Shown: positions 36,062 through 46,442, numbered from the stretch's first letter. The stretch: DNA of 64,000 bases from Candidatus Kaiserbacteria bacterium RIFCSPLOWO2_01_FULL_45_25 (GCA_001781415.1 MFLT01000001.1:51600-115599); one strand, 5' to 3'. Notes: generated from the sequence alone by a model not told the origin. Translations and numbers: made by a program.

Positions 36062-39000
36062 GTGTTATCATATTTTGTATATTCATTAATTTTCCGCACC
36101 ATGTCTCACACGTTTCATGTAAAAGTTTTAATACAGGTCGTTTTTGTTTTACTTGCCTTTGTAAGTTTTCTTTTTATCAATACTAAGGATGTTTTTGCTT
36201 CTGCAACATCTACACCACGTCTGGAGCAACTCGTTAAAGATACTCAAAATACCCTATATACTGGGCAGAGACAACATCTCTCATGCGATGACCTGAGTGG
36301 ACACATTGAGTCAGTGACTATTTCTATGGCTAATATCTATCCGAATACAGACGGACAATATCGGATGAGTGTTCTTGGAGGTGTTGGTCCTACCCGCATA
36401 AGTGAAAACATAGTTGTTTTGGATGGAGATGACTATAGCGTTCAGCGAGACGTGACATTCACTTTCAATCCGGCCATTGATGTTGACACTGATCTGTGTG
36501 CCAATGGTGGGACAGTGAGGTTTGAACTCGTGAATTTGAGCCTATCAGGGGCAATTGTTTTTGGCTCGGCTGCAGACACATACCCAGGCGGTTTTTTCTC
36601 AAAGGGTTCAATCACACCAAAAATTGCCGATATGTATTTCATTATTAACGGAAATGCAGAGGTGAATCATCTACCTGTTCTGAATGAAGTTGGAGACAAG
36701 GCTGCTACTGAAGGATCGTTACTAACTTTCAGTTTGAGCGCGACGGATCAAGATCAGTTTGCAAAGCCAACATACAGTGTCACTGGACTTCCAGAGCACG
36801 CAGTCTTTATTGGTGATACCTTTTATTGGGTGCCTGGATTTGATCAGGCTGGCAGTTATTCAATTGAACTAAAAGCAACGGACGCTGGAAATGCTGGTAT
36901 GCCATCTGAATTTGACACAGAGACCATATCTATAATTGTTTCTGAAGCAACACCAGAACTTAATAATCTAAGCCAACTCGTTAAAGATACTCAAAGTCTC
37001 TTATACACTAACCTAAGACAATCTCTCTCGTGCGATGACTTGAGTGGACATATTGAGTCGTTGACTATTTCTATGGCTAATAACTCTACGGTAACGGATG
37101 GACGATATCAAATGCAAGTTTCTGGAGGTATTGGTCCTATTTATGTTAGTGAAAACATAGTTGTTTTGGATACAGATGAGTATAACGTTCAGCAAGATGT
37201 GACGTTTACTTTCAATCCGGCGATTGATGTTGATACAGATTTGTGTGCTGGTGCTGGGACAGTGAGGTTTGGTCTCGTGACTTTAGACACATCAGGGGCA
37301 ATTGTTTTTGGCTCGGCAGCAGACACATACCTGGGTGGCATTGTCTCGCAGAGTGTACAGACACGAAAAATTGCCGATATGTATTTCATTATTAACGGAA
37401 ATGCAGAAGTGAATCATTCTCCTGTTTTGGATGAAGTTGGAGACAAGGCTACTACTGAAGGGTCTTTGTTAACTTTAAAGTTGAGCGCGACGGATCAAGA
37501 TCAGTATGCCAAACCAACATACGGTGTTACCGGACTTCCAGAACATGCAGTCTTCATCGATGATACCTTTTATTGGGTGCCTGGATTTGATCAGGCTGGC
37601 AGTTATTCAATTGAACTAAAAGCAACGGACGCTGGAAACGCTGGCATACCGCCTGAATCTGACACGGAGACTATATCCATCACTGTCTCTGAAGCAACAC
37701 CAGAACTAAATAGTCTCAGCCAACTCGTTAAAGATACTAAAACTATCCTATACCCTGGGCAAAGACAATCTCTCTCATGCGATGACCTGAGTGGACATAT
37801 TGAGTCGTTGACTGTTTCTATGGTTAATATCTCTCCGAATACGGACGGACAATATCAGATGAATGTTCTTGGTGGTATTAGTCCTACCTATATTAGTGAA
37901 AACATAGCCGTTTTGGATGCAGATGACTATAACGTTCAGCAAGATGTGACGTTTACTTTCAATCCGGCTATTGATGTTGATACAGATCTTTGCGCCAATG
38001 GTGGGACAGTGAGGTTTTCTCTCGTGAATTTAAGCACAGCAAGTGCAAGTGTTTTTGGCTCGGCGGCAGACACATACCCGGGGGGTATTGTCTCACAGAG
38101 TGTATATCCACTACCAAAAATTGCCGATATGTATTTCATTATTAACGGAAATGCAGTTAGTAACAGTGCCCCTACCTTAACTACTATTGGAAATCAAATA
38201 GGAACAGAAGGAGAAACTCTTCAGTTTACTGTGGTTGGTAACGACATCGATGGTGATGCGCTAACTTATAGTGCTTCTGGAACTCCAACAGGAGCGACGT
38301 TCGATGCAAATACTGGTTTGTTCTCTTGGACTCCCGGATATTCAGATGCTGGAATATATGATGTAACATTTACTGTAACTGAAGATACACCCGAAATGCT
38401 TTCTGCTTCTGAGACTGTTTCTATTGAAGTCCTCAATACAAACCGTGCACCAGTCCTTGAACCAATTGGCAATCAATCAACTGCCGAAAACCAAAACCTC
38501 TCATTCACTATCTCAGCAACCGACCCCGATGGAGACAGTCTCACATACTCCGCAGCAAACCTTCCGTCAGGAGCAACCTTTGACGCACAGACACAGACAT
38601 TTAGCTGGACACCAGGATTCAACGATGCAGGGAACTATAGCGACATTGAATTCACTGTCATAGACAGTGGTAGTCCAATGGAGTTGGATATTGAGCTTAT
38701 TACTATCACAGTGGGCAATGTGAACCGCGCTCCAGTTATCGACAATCCAGGACCGCAAGAAGTCTTGGAAACAGAGACATTGTCATTTAGTGTTTCAGCA
38801 GTTGATCCAGATGGCGATGCTGTTACATATAGCGCAAGTAACACACCGGCAGGAAGTACATTTAGTCCTGCAACTGGAGTATTTTCTTGGACACCTAGTC
38901 TCTCAGATGAGGGTGTCTACATGGTGACTTTTATTGCCAGTGATGACGGGTCACCACAGGAATCAGCAGAACTTACAGTAGTTATCACTGTTGGTGATAA

Positions 39001-39265
39001 CCCAACACCAACTGAACAGGCAGAAGATTTAGTTGAAGATATTGTTGTCTTTGCTTTTCCGGCAAACGTAGAAAACTCTTATTTGGCAAATCTTCATAAG
39101 GTTGAGCAATTTATTCTTGATGGAAAAATTAATGCTGCCTTAAATCAATTAGATGCCTTTGTTAATAAGCTTAATCAAGACTACAATCAGGGTGTTATCA
39201 CTCAACAAGAGTATGATAGTCTTCTTGGTGCAGCCAATAACTTAATCGCAGATTTGCAGAATTAA
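36062..39265 (+). CDS. Large surface protein: three about 249-aa tandem repeats followed by He_PIG/cadherin-like Ig domains and a C-terminal coiled segment
   Basis: N-terminal TM; repeated xPxLExIGNQ..E.Q.LSF.ISA.DPDGD.LTYSA..LP.GATFD...FSWTPG modules. Confidence 0.65.
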   Translation: MLSYFVYSLIFRTMSHTFHVKVLIQVVFVLLAFVSFLFINTKDVFASATSTPRLEQLVKDTQNTLYTGQRQHLSCDDLSGHIESVTISMANIYPNTDGQYRMSVLGGVGPTRISENIVVLDGDDYSVQRDVTFTFNPAIDVDTDLCANGGTVRFELVNLSLSGAIVFGSAADTYPGGFFSKGSITPKIADMYFIINGNAEVNHLPVLNEVGDKAATEGSLLTFSLSATDQDQFAKPTYSVTGLPEHAVFIGDTFYWVPGFDQAGSYSIELKATDAGNAGMPSEFDTETISIIVSEATPELNNLSQLVKDTQSLLYTNLRQSLSCDDLSGHIESLTISMANNSTVTDGRYQMQVSGGIGPIYVSENIVVLDTDEYNVQQDVTFTFNPAIDVDTDLCAGAGTVRFGLVTLDTSGAIVFGSAADTYLGGIVSQSVQTRKIADMYFIINGNAEVNHSPVLDEVGDKATTEGSLLTLKLSATDQDQYAKPTYGVTGLPEHAVFIDDTFYWVPGFDQAGSYSIELKATDAGNAGIPPESDTETISITVSEATPELNSLSQLVKDTKTILYPGQRQSLSCDDLSGHIESLTVSMVNISPNTDGQYQMNVLGGISPTYISENIAVLDADDYNVQQDVTFTFNPAIDVDTDLCANGGTVRFSLVNLSTASASVFGSAADTYPGGIVSQSVYPLPKIADMYFIINGNAVSNSAPTLTTIGNQIGTEGETLQFTVVGNDIDGDALTYSASGTPTGATFDANTGLFSWTPGYSDAGIYDVTFTVTEDTPEMLSASETVSIEVLNTNRAPVLEPIGNQSTAENQNLSFTISATDPDGDSLTYSAANLPSGATFDAQTQTFSWTPGFNDAGNYSDIEFTVIDSGSPMELDIELITITVGNVNRAPVIDNPGPQEVLETETLSFSVSAVDPDGDAVTYSASNTPAGSTFSPATGVFSWTPSLSDEGVYMVTFIASDDGSPQESAELTVVITVGDNPTPTEQAEDLVEDIVVFAFPANVENSYLANLHKVEQFILDGKINAALNQLDAFVNKLNQDYNQGVITQQEYDSLLGAANNLIADLQN
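36200..38150 (+). repeat. Three tandem about 747-bp near-identical coding repeats inside the 36062-39265 gene
   Basis: Repeat starts at about 36200, 36955 and 37690 share long identical stretches (…CAACTCGTTAAAGATACTCAAA…TCATGCGATGACCTGAGTGGACA…); the reverse-strand artefact ORFs MKYISAIFG recur at a 747-750 bp period. Confidence 0.8.
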
Positions 39266-39303
39266 GAGAAGGAAAAACTCCCGAAATGATCTGACCACAA
39301 CCA

Positions 39304-39334
39304 AACCCTCTCAAGACTGGGTCTTGAGAGGGTT
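39304..39334 (+). terminator. Rho-independent terminator, followed by TTTAAATGGA motif copy C (39342-39361)
   Basis: AACCCTCTCAAGA-ctgg-GTCTTGAGAGGGTT then TGGTTGTGTTT. Confidence 0.7.
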
Positions 39335-39399
39335 TGGTTGTGTTTATAAAATTTAAATGGACGGTTGGCGGGTGGTAATATAAGCTGTATATCTCACTT

Positions 39400-40497
39400 A
39401 TGAATTCACAATACTTTCCACGAACAGCGGTTGTTTTATTTGCGTTATTAGCCTTCATTTTCTTCATATTTAGTCCCGCCCAGGCGTTTGCTCAGGGAGC
39501 GGGTGTGGGAATCGTTCCAGCGGTAATTGATCCAGCCAAACAATTTGAACCTGGTGATGTGGCTCAGTTCTCCATTCGGGTTACGAACCTCACTGACGGT
39601 GACATGACGTACTACTTATATAAGAGAGACATTGTCGGTGTACGTGATCAGGGAATTCCGATTTTTGCTGATAGTTCATCTGGTACTACTGGGTATGAAC
39701 TTTCTGATTGGATTACTCTACCAAGTGACAGTATATTTATTGAAGCTGGAAAAGAAATTGAGGTGCCGTTTACTATGACTGTGCCGCAAGATGTTTCACC
39801 TGGGGCTCACTTCGGAAGTATTGCTGTCACTGCTGAGCCGCCAAAGCTGCGTGAGTCTGGTGCAGGGATTGGTTATGAAGTAGCCAACATCATCACCATT
39901 CGAATTGCTGGAGACGCGGTTGACCAAGCGCGCATTCGTCAGTTCTCAACCTCAAAATATATTTATGGTTCAACCAATGTTGAGTTTAGCGCTCGTATTG
40001 AAAATGAAGGAAATACACTAATTAGTCCAACGGGACCACTTGAAGTCATCAATATGTTTGGTGAGCGAGTAGCGATACTTACTTTTAATGAGTCAAAGGC
40101 TGGAATTTTCCCAAAGACTTCACGAAGTGATGGACTGCGAGATTTTAAAGTGACTTGGGCTGATGAATCTCCAGGCTTTGGTCGTTATGAAGCGATCTTG
40201 AGTGCTGTCTACGGTCCAGAAGGCAAGATGAATACTATTTCTAGTACAGTTACCTTTTGGATTTTGCCGATGAATATTATTACTCCGGCTTTGATAGTGC
40301 TTGGTGTACTATTCTTAGTAATATATGTATCGGTCAAGATGTATGTCCGTCGCTCAATGGCCGTAGCAACTTCAGGAGTGACTCGTCGCTTGGTGCGTTC
40401 ACGTCGTCAGAATGAGTTCCCGACCTTGTTGGTCCTTATCTCGATGTTGGCACTTGGAGCTCTCTTCTTTATAATCCTGCTCCTCATTTTTGCCTAG
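39400..40497 (+). CDS. Hypothetical cell-surface protein with signal peptide and C-terminal double TM anchor (DUF916-like architecture, tentative)
   Basis: Signal peptide AFA-QG, about 270-aa beta-rich domain, C-terminal TM plus Arg-rich segment. Confidence 0.4.
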   Translation: MNSQYFPRTAVVLFALLAFIFFIFSPAQAFAQGAGVGIVPAVIDPAKQFEPGDVAQFSIRVTNLTDGDMTYYLYKRDIVGVRDQGIPIFADSSSGTTGYELSDWITLPSDSIFIEAGKEIEVPFTMTVPQDVSPGAHFGSIAVTAEPPKLRESGAGIGYEVANIITIRIAGDAVDQARIRQFSTSKYIYGSTNVEFSARIENEGNTLISPTGPLEVINMFGERVAILTFNESKAGIFPKTSRSDGLRDFKVTWADESPGFGRYEAILSAVYGPEGKMNTISSTVTFWILPMNIITPALIVLGVLFLVIYVSVKMYVRRSMAVATSGVTRRLVRSRRQNEFPTLLVLISMLALGALFFIILLLIFA

Positions 40498-40543
40498 AGC
40501 ATATCCACAAACCTCTGAACCCATCTCATATAGAAAAGATGCT

Positions 40544-40584
40544 TCATGTTTTCGTTCGGTCGCGCCTCGTATCTGTGGGTTTGT
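40544..40584. repeat. 41-bp conserved motif, copy 2 (see 9337-9377), upstream of extended -10 TGATATAAT at about 40597-40605
   Basis: TCATGTTTTCGTTCGGTCGCGCCTCGTATCTGTGGGTTTGT. Confidence 0.5.
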
Positions 40585-40615
40585 GAATGCGCTCTTAGTG
40601 ATATAATTATCATAA

Positions 40616-41034
40616 TGAAATCTATCGAAAACAGTCTGTACCATAGCTTTCTCAAGATTGCGGTCTGTGTCTTTGCGCTTACCTTGGTGTTTGATAGTGG
40701 GTTTGCTATTCCAGCTACCGAAGGCATGTCTAGTCTGACCCAGCAACACTTAGCTAGTGTGGTTGGAGTTACTCTCGGTGTGGCACCAAATGATGTCAAT
40801 GTATTAACTACTCGTATAACTGAACTAGAAACTGAACTAGAGGCCAAAGAGCGATTAATTGCCGTTAATCTTCAAGATGCAAACTCTGCCGGTAGCTTTG
40901 ATGTTTCTACTTTTGTGCTTAGTATCATCGTCTTTATCTTACTGGTGCTCATTGTATTAAATTACGCACTTGATTATGTCCGCCAGAAAAAGGTAACTTC
41001 AAACTATGAATCGACTACTTCACAAATGGCCTAA
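40616..41034 (+). CDS. Hypothetical membrane protein with coiled-coil segment (start chosen downstream of the repeat/promoter; the track ORF begins at 40546)
   Basis: MKSIENSLYHSFLKIAVCVFALTLVF signal/TM, ITELETELEAKERL coiled coil, C-terminal TM. Confidence 0.4.
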
Positions 41035-41818
41035 GGGAATATTAGTTGGCCTTGGTGCAGTTATTCTCTCAACTTTGGCTATACAAGCCAGCGACTCACT
41101 CTCTGGTGTGTCTGGCCAACTAGCATCATCTATTACTGGTAATAACTCAGTTTGTGGTGAAGGAGCGGAGATTATTTTGTTTGGTACACATTCGGTGTGT
41201 ATGGATATATTTGAAGCTAGTCCAAGTAAAAGCTGTACTTATGAGATGCCTAAGAGTGAAGTTGAGACACAAGTGAACGTTTCCAAAGATTCTTGTGTGG
41301 CAGTGTCCAAGGAAGGTGCGGAACCATGGCGATTTGTAACTTACACTGAAGCTAGTCAGCTTTGTGCTCGTGACGGTAAGCGGCTGCCGACGGCTGAGGA
41401 GTGGTACAAAGTGGCACTTGGACATACCGATGTAACAGCTTGTTTTACTGCTACATTGGCTAAGACTGGCGCTAATAATTGTGTGACTCCAACTGGTATT
41501 CATGATTTGGTGGGTAATGTTTGGGAGTGGACGGCTGACACTGTTACTGGTGGGATGTATAACAATAATGAACTACCAAATTCTGGCTACGTGGCTTTAG
41601 TAGATGGGTCGGGGTTGGTAATTGAAACAACTGAGACACCAAACCCACAGTTTGGTGAAGATTATGCCTGGATAGATAAGTCTGGTGTGCGGGGTCTACT
41701 GCGTGGCGGATTTTATGGTAGTGGGGACGACGGCGGTGTGTTTGCTCAAAACATCGCGGTACCACTTAACTTTACCGCTACTGGTGTTGGCTTTCGTTGT
41801 GTAAAGGATGTGTGGTAG
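41006..41818 (+). CDS. FGE-sulfatase / SUMF1 domain protein, N-terminal TM anchor (paralog 1)
   Basis: RLPTAEEWYKVALG, HDLVGNVWEWTAD, LRGGFYGS motifs typical of the formylglycine-generating-enzyme fold. Confidence 0.6.
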   Translation: MNRLLHKWPKGILVGLGAVILSTLAIQASDSLSGVSGQLASSITGNNSVCGEGAEIILFGTHSVCMDIFEASPSKSCTYEMPKSEVETQVNVSKDSCVAVSKEGAEPWRFVTYTEASQLCARDGKRLPTAEEWYKVALGHTDVTACFTATLAKTGANNCVTPTGIHDLVGNVWEWTADTVTGGMYNNNELPNSGYVALVDGSGLVIETTETPNPQFGEDYAWIDKSGVRGLLRGGFYGSGDDGGVFAQNIAVPLNFTATGVGFRCVKDVW

Positions 41819-41864
41819 TAGCTTATTCTGACGGAACGGTACGATATACTTAGTCTATAAAGTT

Positions 41865-42677
41865 ATGAAACGGCTGCTCAAAAATGGAGCAAGATTTTTA
41901 CTGGTTACTGTTGGTATTGTCTTACTGACCAGTTTGGCTATTAATGCGTCTGATTCTTTAACTGGTAATGGTGGGAATTTTTTGGCGCAGTTGGTGGGAA
42001 TAGAACAATCAGTGTGTCCAACGGGAATGGTACATGTACCAGCCGCCCTGACGTTTTCGTGTGTGGACGAATATGAGGCGACACCAAATAAAGATTGCCC
42101 GGTCTCACTGACTGCTAGTCAGCTAGACACCGATATCAATCTTGGACAAAATACTTGCATGGCCGCAAGTCAATCTGAGCTACAGCCGTGGCGGCATGTT
42201 ACTCGTGAACAGGCAGTAGTGCTTTGTACTAGAGCTGGTAAACGTCTACCCAGTGCGGCCGAGTGGTATCAAGCCGCTCTTGGAACTGAGGCTGGTGTCT
42301 GTAATGTCAGTAGTGGAGAAGTTGCTACTGGAGAGCAGTTTGCAGAATGTCGTTCAGCTGTCGGAATTAAAAACGCGGTGGGAAATGTCTGGGAGTGGGT
42401 GAGTGACGATGTAATTGATGGCATGTATCAAGGTAGGAGTCTTCCGGCCACTGGATATGTAGCGCAGGTTGATGCTGGTGGCGTGGCTACAGTGACTGGT
42501 GAAAATTTAACCGATGAAATGCTCGGAGGGTATTTCTGGTCTAAGGGAGAAGGGGCTTTTGGGATAATCCGCGGCGGGTTTTATGGTAGTAAAGCGGATG
42601 CGTCGTCATATACTATGCACGCCTACACCGTCCCAACTTTCCGTGGGGCAGCCGTCGGCTTTCGCTGTGTGAAATAG
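41865..42677 (+). CDS. FGE-sulfatase / SUMF1 domain protein (paralog 2; same 270-aa length and architecture)
   Basis: RLPSAAEWYQAALG, KNAVGNVWEWVSDD, IRGGFYGS motifs; collinear with the upstream paralog. Confidence 0.6.
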   Translation: MKRLLKNGARFLLVTVGIVLLTSLAINASDSLTGNGGNFLAQLVGIEQSVCPTGMVHVPAALTFSCVDEYEATPNKDCPVSLTASQLDTDINLGQNTCMAASQSELQPWRHVTREQAVVLCTRAGKRLPSAAEWYQAALGTEAGVCNVSSGEVATGEQFAECRSAVGIKNAVGNVWEWVSDDVIDGMYQGRSLPATGYVAQVDAGGVATVTGENLTDEMLGGYFWSKGEGAFGIIRGGFYGSKADASSYTMHAYTVPTFRGAAVGFRCVK

Positions 42678-42702
42678 TCTAATTCTGGTATAGTGTCTGG
42701 CC

Positions 42703-44472
42703 ATGAAATTAAACCCCTCCACAATTGAACAAGTGAACATACCAAACACCCCGTACCGGTTTTTTGTACATATAATTGGTAAACACAAGGGCTGGGCGAC
42801 TTTGGCAGTGCTCGCGGTAGTGGTAGCGGCTGGAGCCAGTGCCGCTTCAAGTTACTTTTTTAAGTTAATTATTGATGCAGTTGAGTCGTCTGACCTCGAG
42901 GCTGCTTTGATGTGGGGACTTTTGTATCCGTTTTATATACTCATAACTCAATTGGTATATCGTATTAGTGGTTATGCTGGAGCTCATCTAACAAATGACA
43001 GTAATAGAACAGCCACCAATGTCTTGATGTCCTACATCTTAAAGCATAGCCATAGCTACTTTATCGATCGCTTTGCTGGTTCAATTAGCAATAAGATAAA
43101 GAATGTCACTTCAGCGTTTGATGAGATGATTCCAGATATTTTGTGGGCACACCTTAATGCTGTGGTGGCGTTTTTGGTGACCTTTGGATTGATTCTAAGT
43201 GTAGATTTACAGTCTGGCTTGATATTTGTTGGGCTGATTCTTTTGTTATTAGCAGTTAATCAACGCTTTTCAAAAACTAAAGCCCTGGTGGCTAAAGAAA
43301 ATGCTGCAGCTGGTTCGTTGTTACAAGGCTACTTAGTTGACGCTCTTTCAAATATTCATACCATACGACAATACGTGCGTCGGGACTTTGAATTTACTGA
43401 AGTGCAAAAGTTAACTCAAAACAAATTTGAGAAAGGAGTGAGAAATTGGCTGTATACGGAGAAGCTACTTACCGTAAATAGTTTAATATTATTCGTATTT
43501 GCGACCATGATGTTTTGGCGCTTAGTTACACAGTGGGGTGAAGGAGTTGTTTCTACGGGAGAATTTGTGCTGGTGTTAGCGCTTATGTCTAACATTACCG
43601 GCACACTTCTTTTTATTGGACGAGCCTTTAACGCCACCGCTCGAACGGCCGGAGAATTACGCGAGGGCCTTGATGATATTTTGGTTCCTTACGAGATAGT
43701 GGATGTAAAGGGTGCCAAGCCGCTAGTGGCAGAAGGTGGGCAGATTGAATGGAGTGACGTCACCTTTAAGTTTGGTGAGTTAGCGGTATTTGAGAACTTT
43801 AACCTCACTATTAAACCCAAGCAGAAACTTGGCTTGGTTGGTTCGTCTGGAGCTGGCAAGAGTACGTTTGTATCACTGCTTTTACGTCAGCATGATATTT
43901 TGGCTGGTCAGATAACTATTGATGGTCAAGATATTTCAACCATCACTCAAGATTCACTTCGTGAAGCCATTGCGCTAGTACCGCAAGAACCATCTTTGTT
44001 CCATCGGACTATTAAAGAGAACATTGCCTACGGTAAGCCTGAGGCAACTCTAGATGAGATTATTGAAGTAGCCAAAAAAGCTGAGGCTCACGACTTCATT
44101 ATGCGACTGCCGTTAGGGTATGACACTTTGGTGGGTGAGCGTGGGGTGAAGCTTTCTGGTGGACAGAAGCAGCGGGTTGCCATCGCTCGGGCGATGCTTA
44201 AAAATGCTCCAATCCTTATTCTTGATGAAGCTACTTCAGCTTTGGATAGTACTAGCGAGCAAGCAATTCAAAAGGCGCTCCACACACTAATGGAAGGGAA
44301 GACAGTAATTGCTATTGCGCACAGACTCTCAACTTTGCGCGAGATGGATAGAATTGTGGTTTTAGAAAATGGTGAAATTACTGAAGATGGTAACCATAAT
44401 GAGTTGCTAGCCAGGAAGGGACACTATGCGCAATTATGGGAGCACCAGGCTGGCGGATTTATTGTTGAATAG
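42703..44472 (+). CDS. ABC transporter permease/ATPase fusion (MsbA-like exporter)
   Basis: Six TM helices, Walker A GSSGAGKST, signature LSGGQKQRVAIARA, Walker B ILILDEATSALD. Confidence 0.85.
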   Translation: MKLNPSTIEQVNIPNTPYRFFVHIIGKHKGWATLAVLAVVVAAGASAASSYFFKLIIDAVESSDLEAALMWGLLYPFYILITQLVYRISGYAGAHLTNDSNRTATNVLMSYILKHSHSYFIDRFAGSISNKIKNVTSAFDEMIPDILWAHLNAVVAFLVTFGLILSVDLQSGLIFVGLILLLLAVNQRFSKTKALVAKENAAAGSLLQGYLVDALSNIHTIRQYVRRDFEFTEVQKLTQNKFEKGVRNWLYTEKLLTVNSLILFVFATMMFWRLVTQWGEGVVSTGEFVLVLALMSNITGTLLFIGRAFNATARTAGELREGLDDILVPYEIVDVKGAKPLVAEGGQIEWSDVTFKFGELAVFENFNLTIKPKQKLGLVGSSGAGKSTFVSLLLRQHDILAGQITIDGQDISTITQDSLREAIALVPQEPSLFHRTIKENIAYGKPEATLDEIIEVAKKAEAHDFIMRLPLGYDTLVGERGVKLSGGQKQRVAIARAMLKNAPILILDEATSALDSTSEQAIQKALHTLMEGKTVIAIAHRLSTLREMDRIVVLENGEITEDGNHNELLARKGHYAQLWEHQAGGFIVE

Positions 44473-44526
44473 TTGTGCACGAGCCTTGGTTTAGGGCACT
44501 GCTTCACAAGGTATACTATATAAGTA

Positions 44527-46437
44527 ATGACCATAGTGGCCAAAGCTTGGGCGTTTTTCTTCCTCTGCCTCTCACTGGTGCTTTTGGTGGTGTATCTAAT
44601 TAATCCCTCTACTCTCTTTGCTCGCAATATCACACAGTATAAAGACACTATTTCTGATTCTGCTCCAGAGTTTGCTTCAAACCATACTTTGGCGTTTCGT
44701 TTGGGTACTACTATTTCACCGGGTGCATATATTGAAGTAACGCCACCGACTGGGTTTGAGGTCTTGGGTACAAGTACGTTTGTGGCTGAAAGAAACGTTG
44801 AGTTATACGTGAACGGTGCGCTGCGTGATTCTAGCGACACGCTCTCGGCCAGTACTGACTTGGTAGAAATTTTCCCTGGTACTCCTGGGATGATTCGTTA
44901 CACTTTAAATACTTCTTCGGGAATTGCTGAAGGTGCAAATCTTGAACTACGTATCGGCAACAATACCTCAAAGGCATTAGAGTACAGTGTGGAAGTTAGT
45001 ACTACCACTGGAACCACAACCACTGAAGCTGATATTAAACCAATTATTAACGATACCAGTATCGGCACTAAGGAGGTTTTGGTAGAAATTTATGATGGGG
45101 GACTGGTGGCTGAGGCAGGTTTTTTGATTGCGCTTATTGATCAAGTGAGTGTTGGTCCGGCTGACACTCGTGAAGACATTCCGCCGTACCGTTTTAATGG
45201 TGCACCAAGTAGTACAGTGACGGGTGTGACTCTAAATGTGGAACTATTTCTTGAGACAGATGAATTGGCGGTTTGTAAGTACGATCTGGTAGCAGGAACG
45301 GACTATAATAGTATGCCAAATACCTTCACTGGTACTGGTCTCATTTACCACACGATGGTGGTCGCCGTCACACCAGAAACACAACATACATATTATGTGC
45401 GTTGTGTTGACGATGAAGGAAACTTCAACACAGACGATTACATAATTACCTTTTACGTAAGTGCAGTTCCGACTGGAGAATCAAATACTGACGGAAACGT
45501 TGATGGTGATGGTACTGGATCAGGAAACGAAGGAGGCGGTGATGGTTCTGGCGGTGGCGGAGAAACTGGTTCATCAGACGGTGTAGCACCTACAGAAGGC
45601 GGTACTTCAGGAGGCGGTGGATCAGGTGGGGGAGGCGGCGGTGGATCAGGTGGAGATTCTGGTAGTACCGCTGGTGGTGGATTTGAAACATCCGATGCAC
45701 CGTACCGTAGTGGTGACGCCCGAGTAGTTATTAGTGGTTACGCTTTTCCGGGCAGTACAGTTACTGCCTTAGTTGATGGTAAAAGTGTTACCACCGATAG
45801 AGCTGATAATAGTGGTAACTACTCAGTTACCATAGATGCTATTGCTCGTGGTGTATATACCTTTGGAGTGTATGCCACTGACTCTGCTGGCACCAAGTCA
45901 TCAACCTTCAGTACCTCATTTACTGTTACTGGTGCACGTACTTCAACACTTTCAAACATCAACCTGTCACCGACTGTGAAGGCGACACCAGATCCGGTTA
46001 ATCCTGGGCAATCATTGACTCTAAGTGGTTATGCGTTACCAAACTCAACGGTGACAATTGAAAACGAGAAGGATAAAGTGGCGGCATCAAGACAGAGTTT
46101 CACTGCTACCGCAGCGGGCAATGGCTCATGGTCAATTAATGTACCAACTAGTGGCTTCACTAACGGTACCTACAAAGCTCGTGCCAAATCAGCTCAGACT
46201 GATGGTGCTACTACCAATTTCTCAAACTACACATTATATGGAGTGGGACAGCAGGCCACTAGACCAATTAATGCTGACTTAAATCGCGACAGCAAAGTCA
46301 ATCTTACCGACTTTTCTATTCTTCTATTCTGGTGGAATACCAATGGAGGAACTTCTAATCCATCTGCTGATATAAATTCTGATGGAAAAGTTAATCTGAC
46401 GGACTTTTCTATTTTGTTGTTTAATTGGACTGGGTAA
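44527..46437 (+). CDS. Secreted protein with Gly-rich linker, two Ig-like domains and a C-terminal dockerin module
   Basis: Duplicated Ca-binding segment DLNRDSKVNLTDFSILLF / DINSDGKVNLTDFSILLF at the extreme C-terminus (type I dockerin pattern). Confidence 0.6.
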   Translation: MTIVAKAWAFFFLCLSLVLLVVYLINPSTLFARNITQYKDTISDSAPEFASNHTLAFRLGTTISPGAYIEVTPPTGFEVLGTSTFVAERNVELYVNGALRDSSDTLSASTDLVEIFPGTPGMIRYTLNTSSGIAEGANLELRIGNNTSKALEYSVEVSTTTGTTTTEADIKPIINDTSIGTKEVLVEIYDGGLVAEAGFLIALIDQVSVGPADTREDIPPYRFNGAPSSTVTGVTLNVELFLETDELAVCKYDLVAGTDYNSMPNTFTGTGLIYHTMVVAVTPETQHTYYVRCVDDEGNFNTDDYIITFYVSAVPTGESNTDGNVDGDGTGSGNEGGGDGSGGGGETGSSDGVAPTEGGTSGGGGSGGGGGGGSGGDSGSTAGGGFETSDAPYRSGDARVVISGYAFPGSTVTALVDGKSVTTDRADNSGNYSVTIDAIARGVYTFGVYATDSAGTKSSTFSTSFTVTGARTSTLSNINLSPTVKATPDPVNPGQSLTLSGYALPNSTVTIENEKDKVAASRQSFTATAAGNGSWSINVPTSGFTNGTYKARAKSAQTDGATTNFSNYTLYGVGQQATRPINADLNRDSKVNLTDFSILLFWWNTNGGTSNPSADINSDGKVNLTDFSILLFNWTG

Positions 46438-46442
46438 GAATA

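Noticed and set aside
36442-38139. Periodic MKYISAIFG... minus-strand ORFs and the idea of a CRISPR-like array in the 36-38 kb repeats
   Set aside because: The repeats are 747-bp in-frame protein-coding tandem duplications with no short spacer/repeat structure and no cas genes; the minus-strand ORFs are echoes of the repeat.
40546-40615. Upstream 23 codons of the 40546-41034 ORF
   Set aside because: This stretch coincides with the conserved 41-bp motif and an extended -10 promoter; the start at 40616 (MKSIENS...) was chosen as more plausible.
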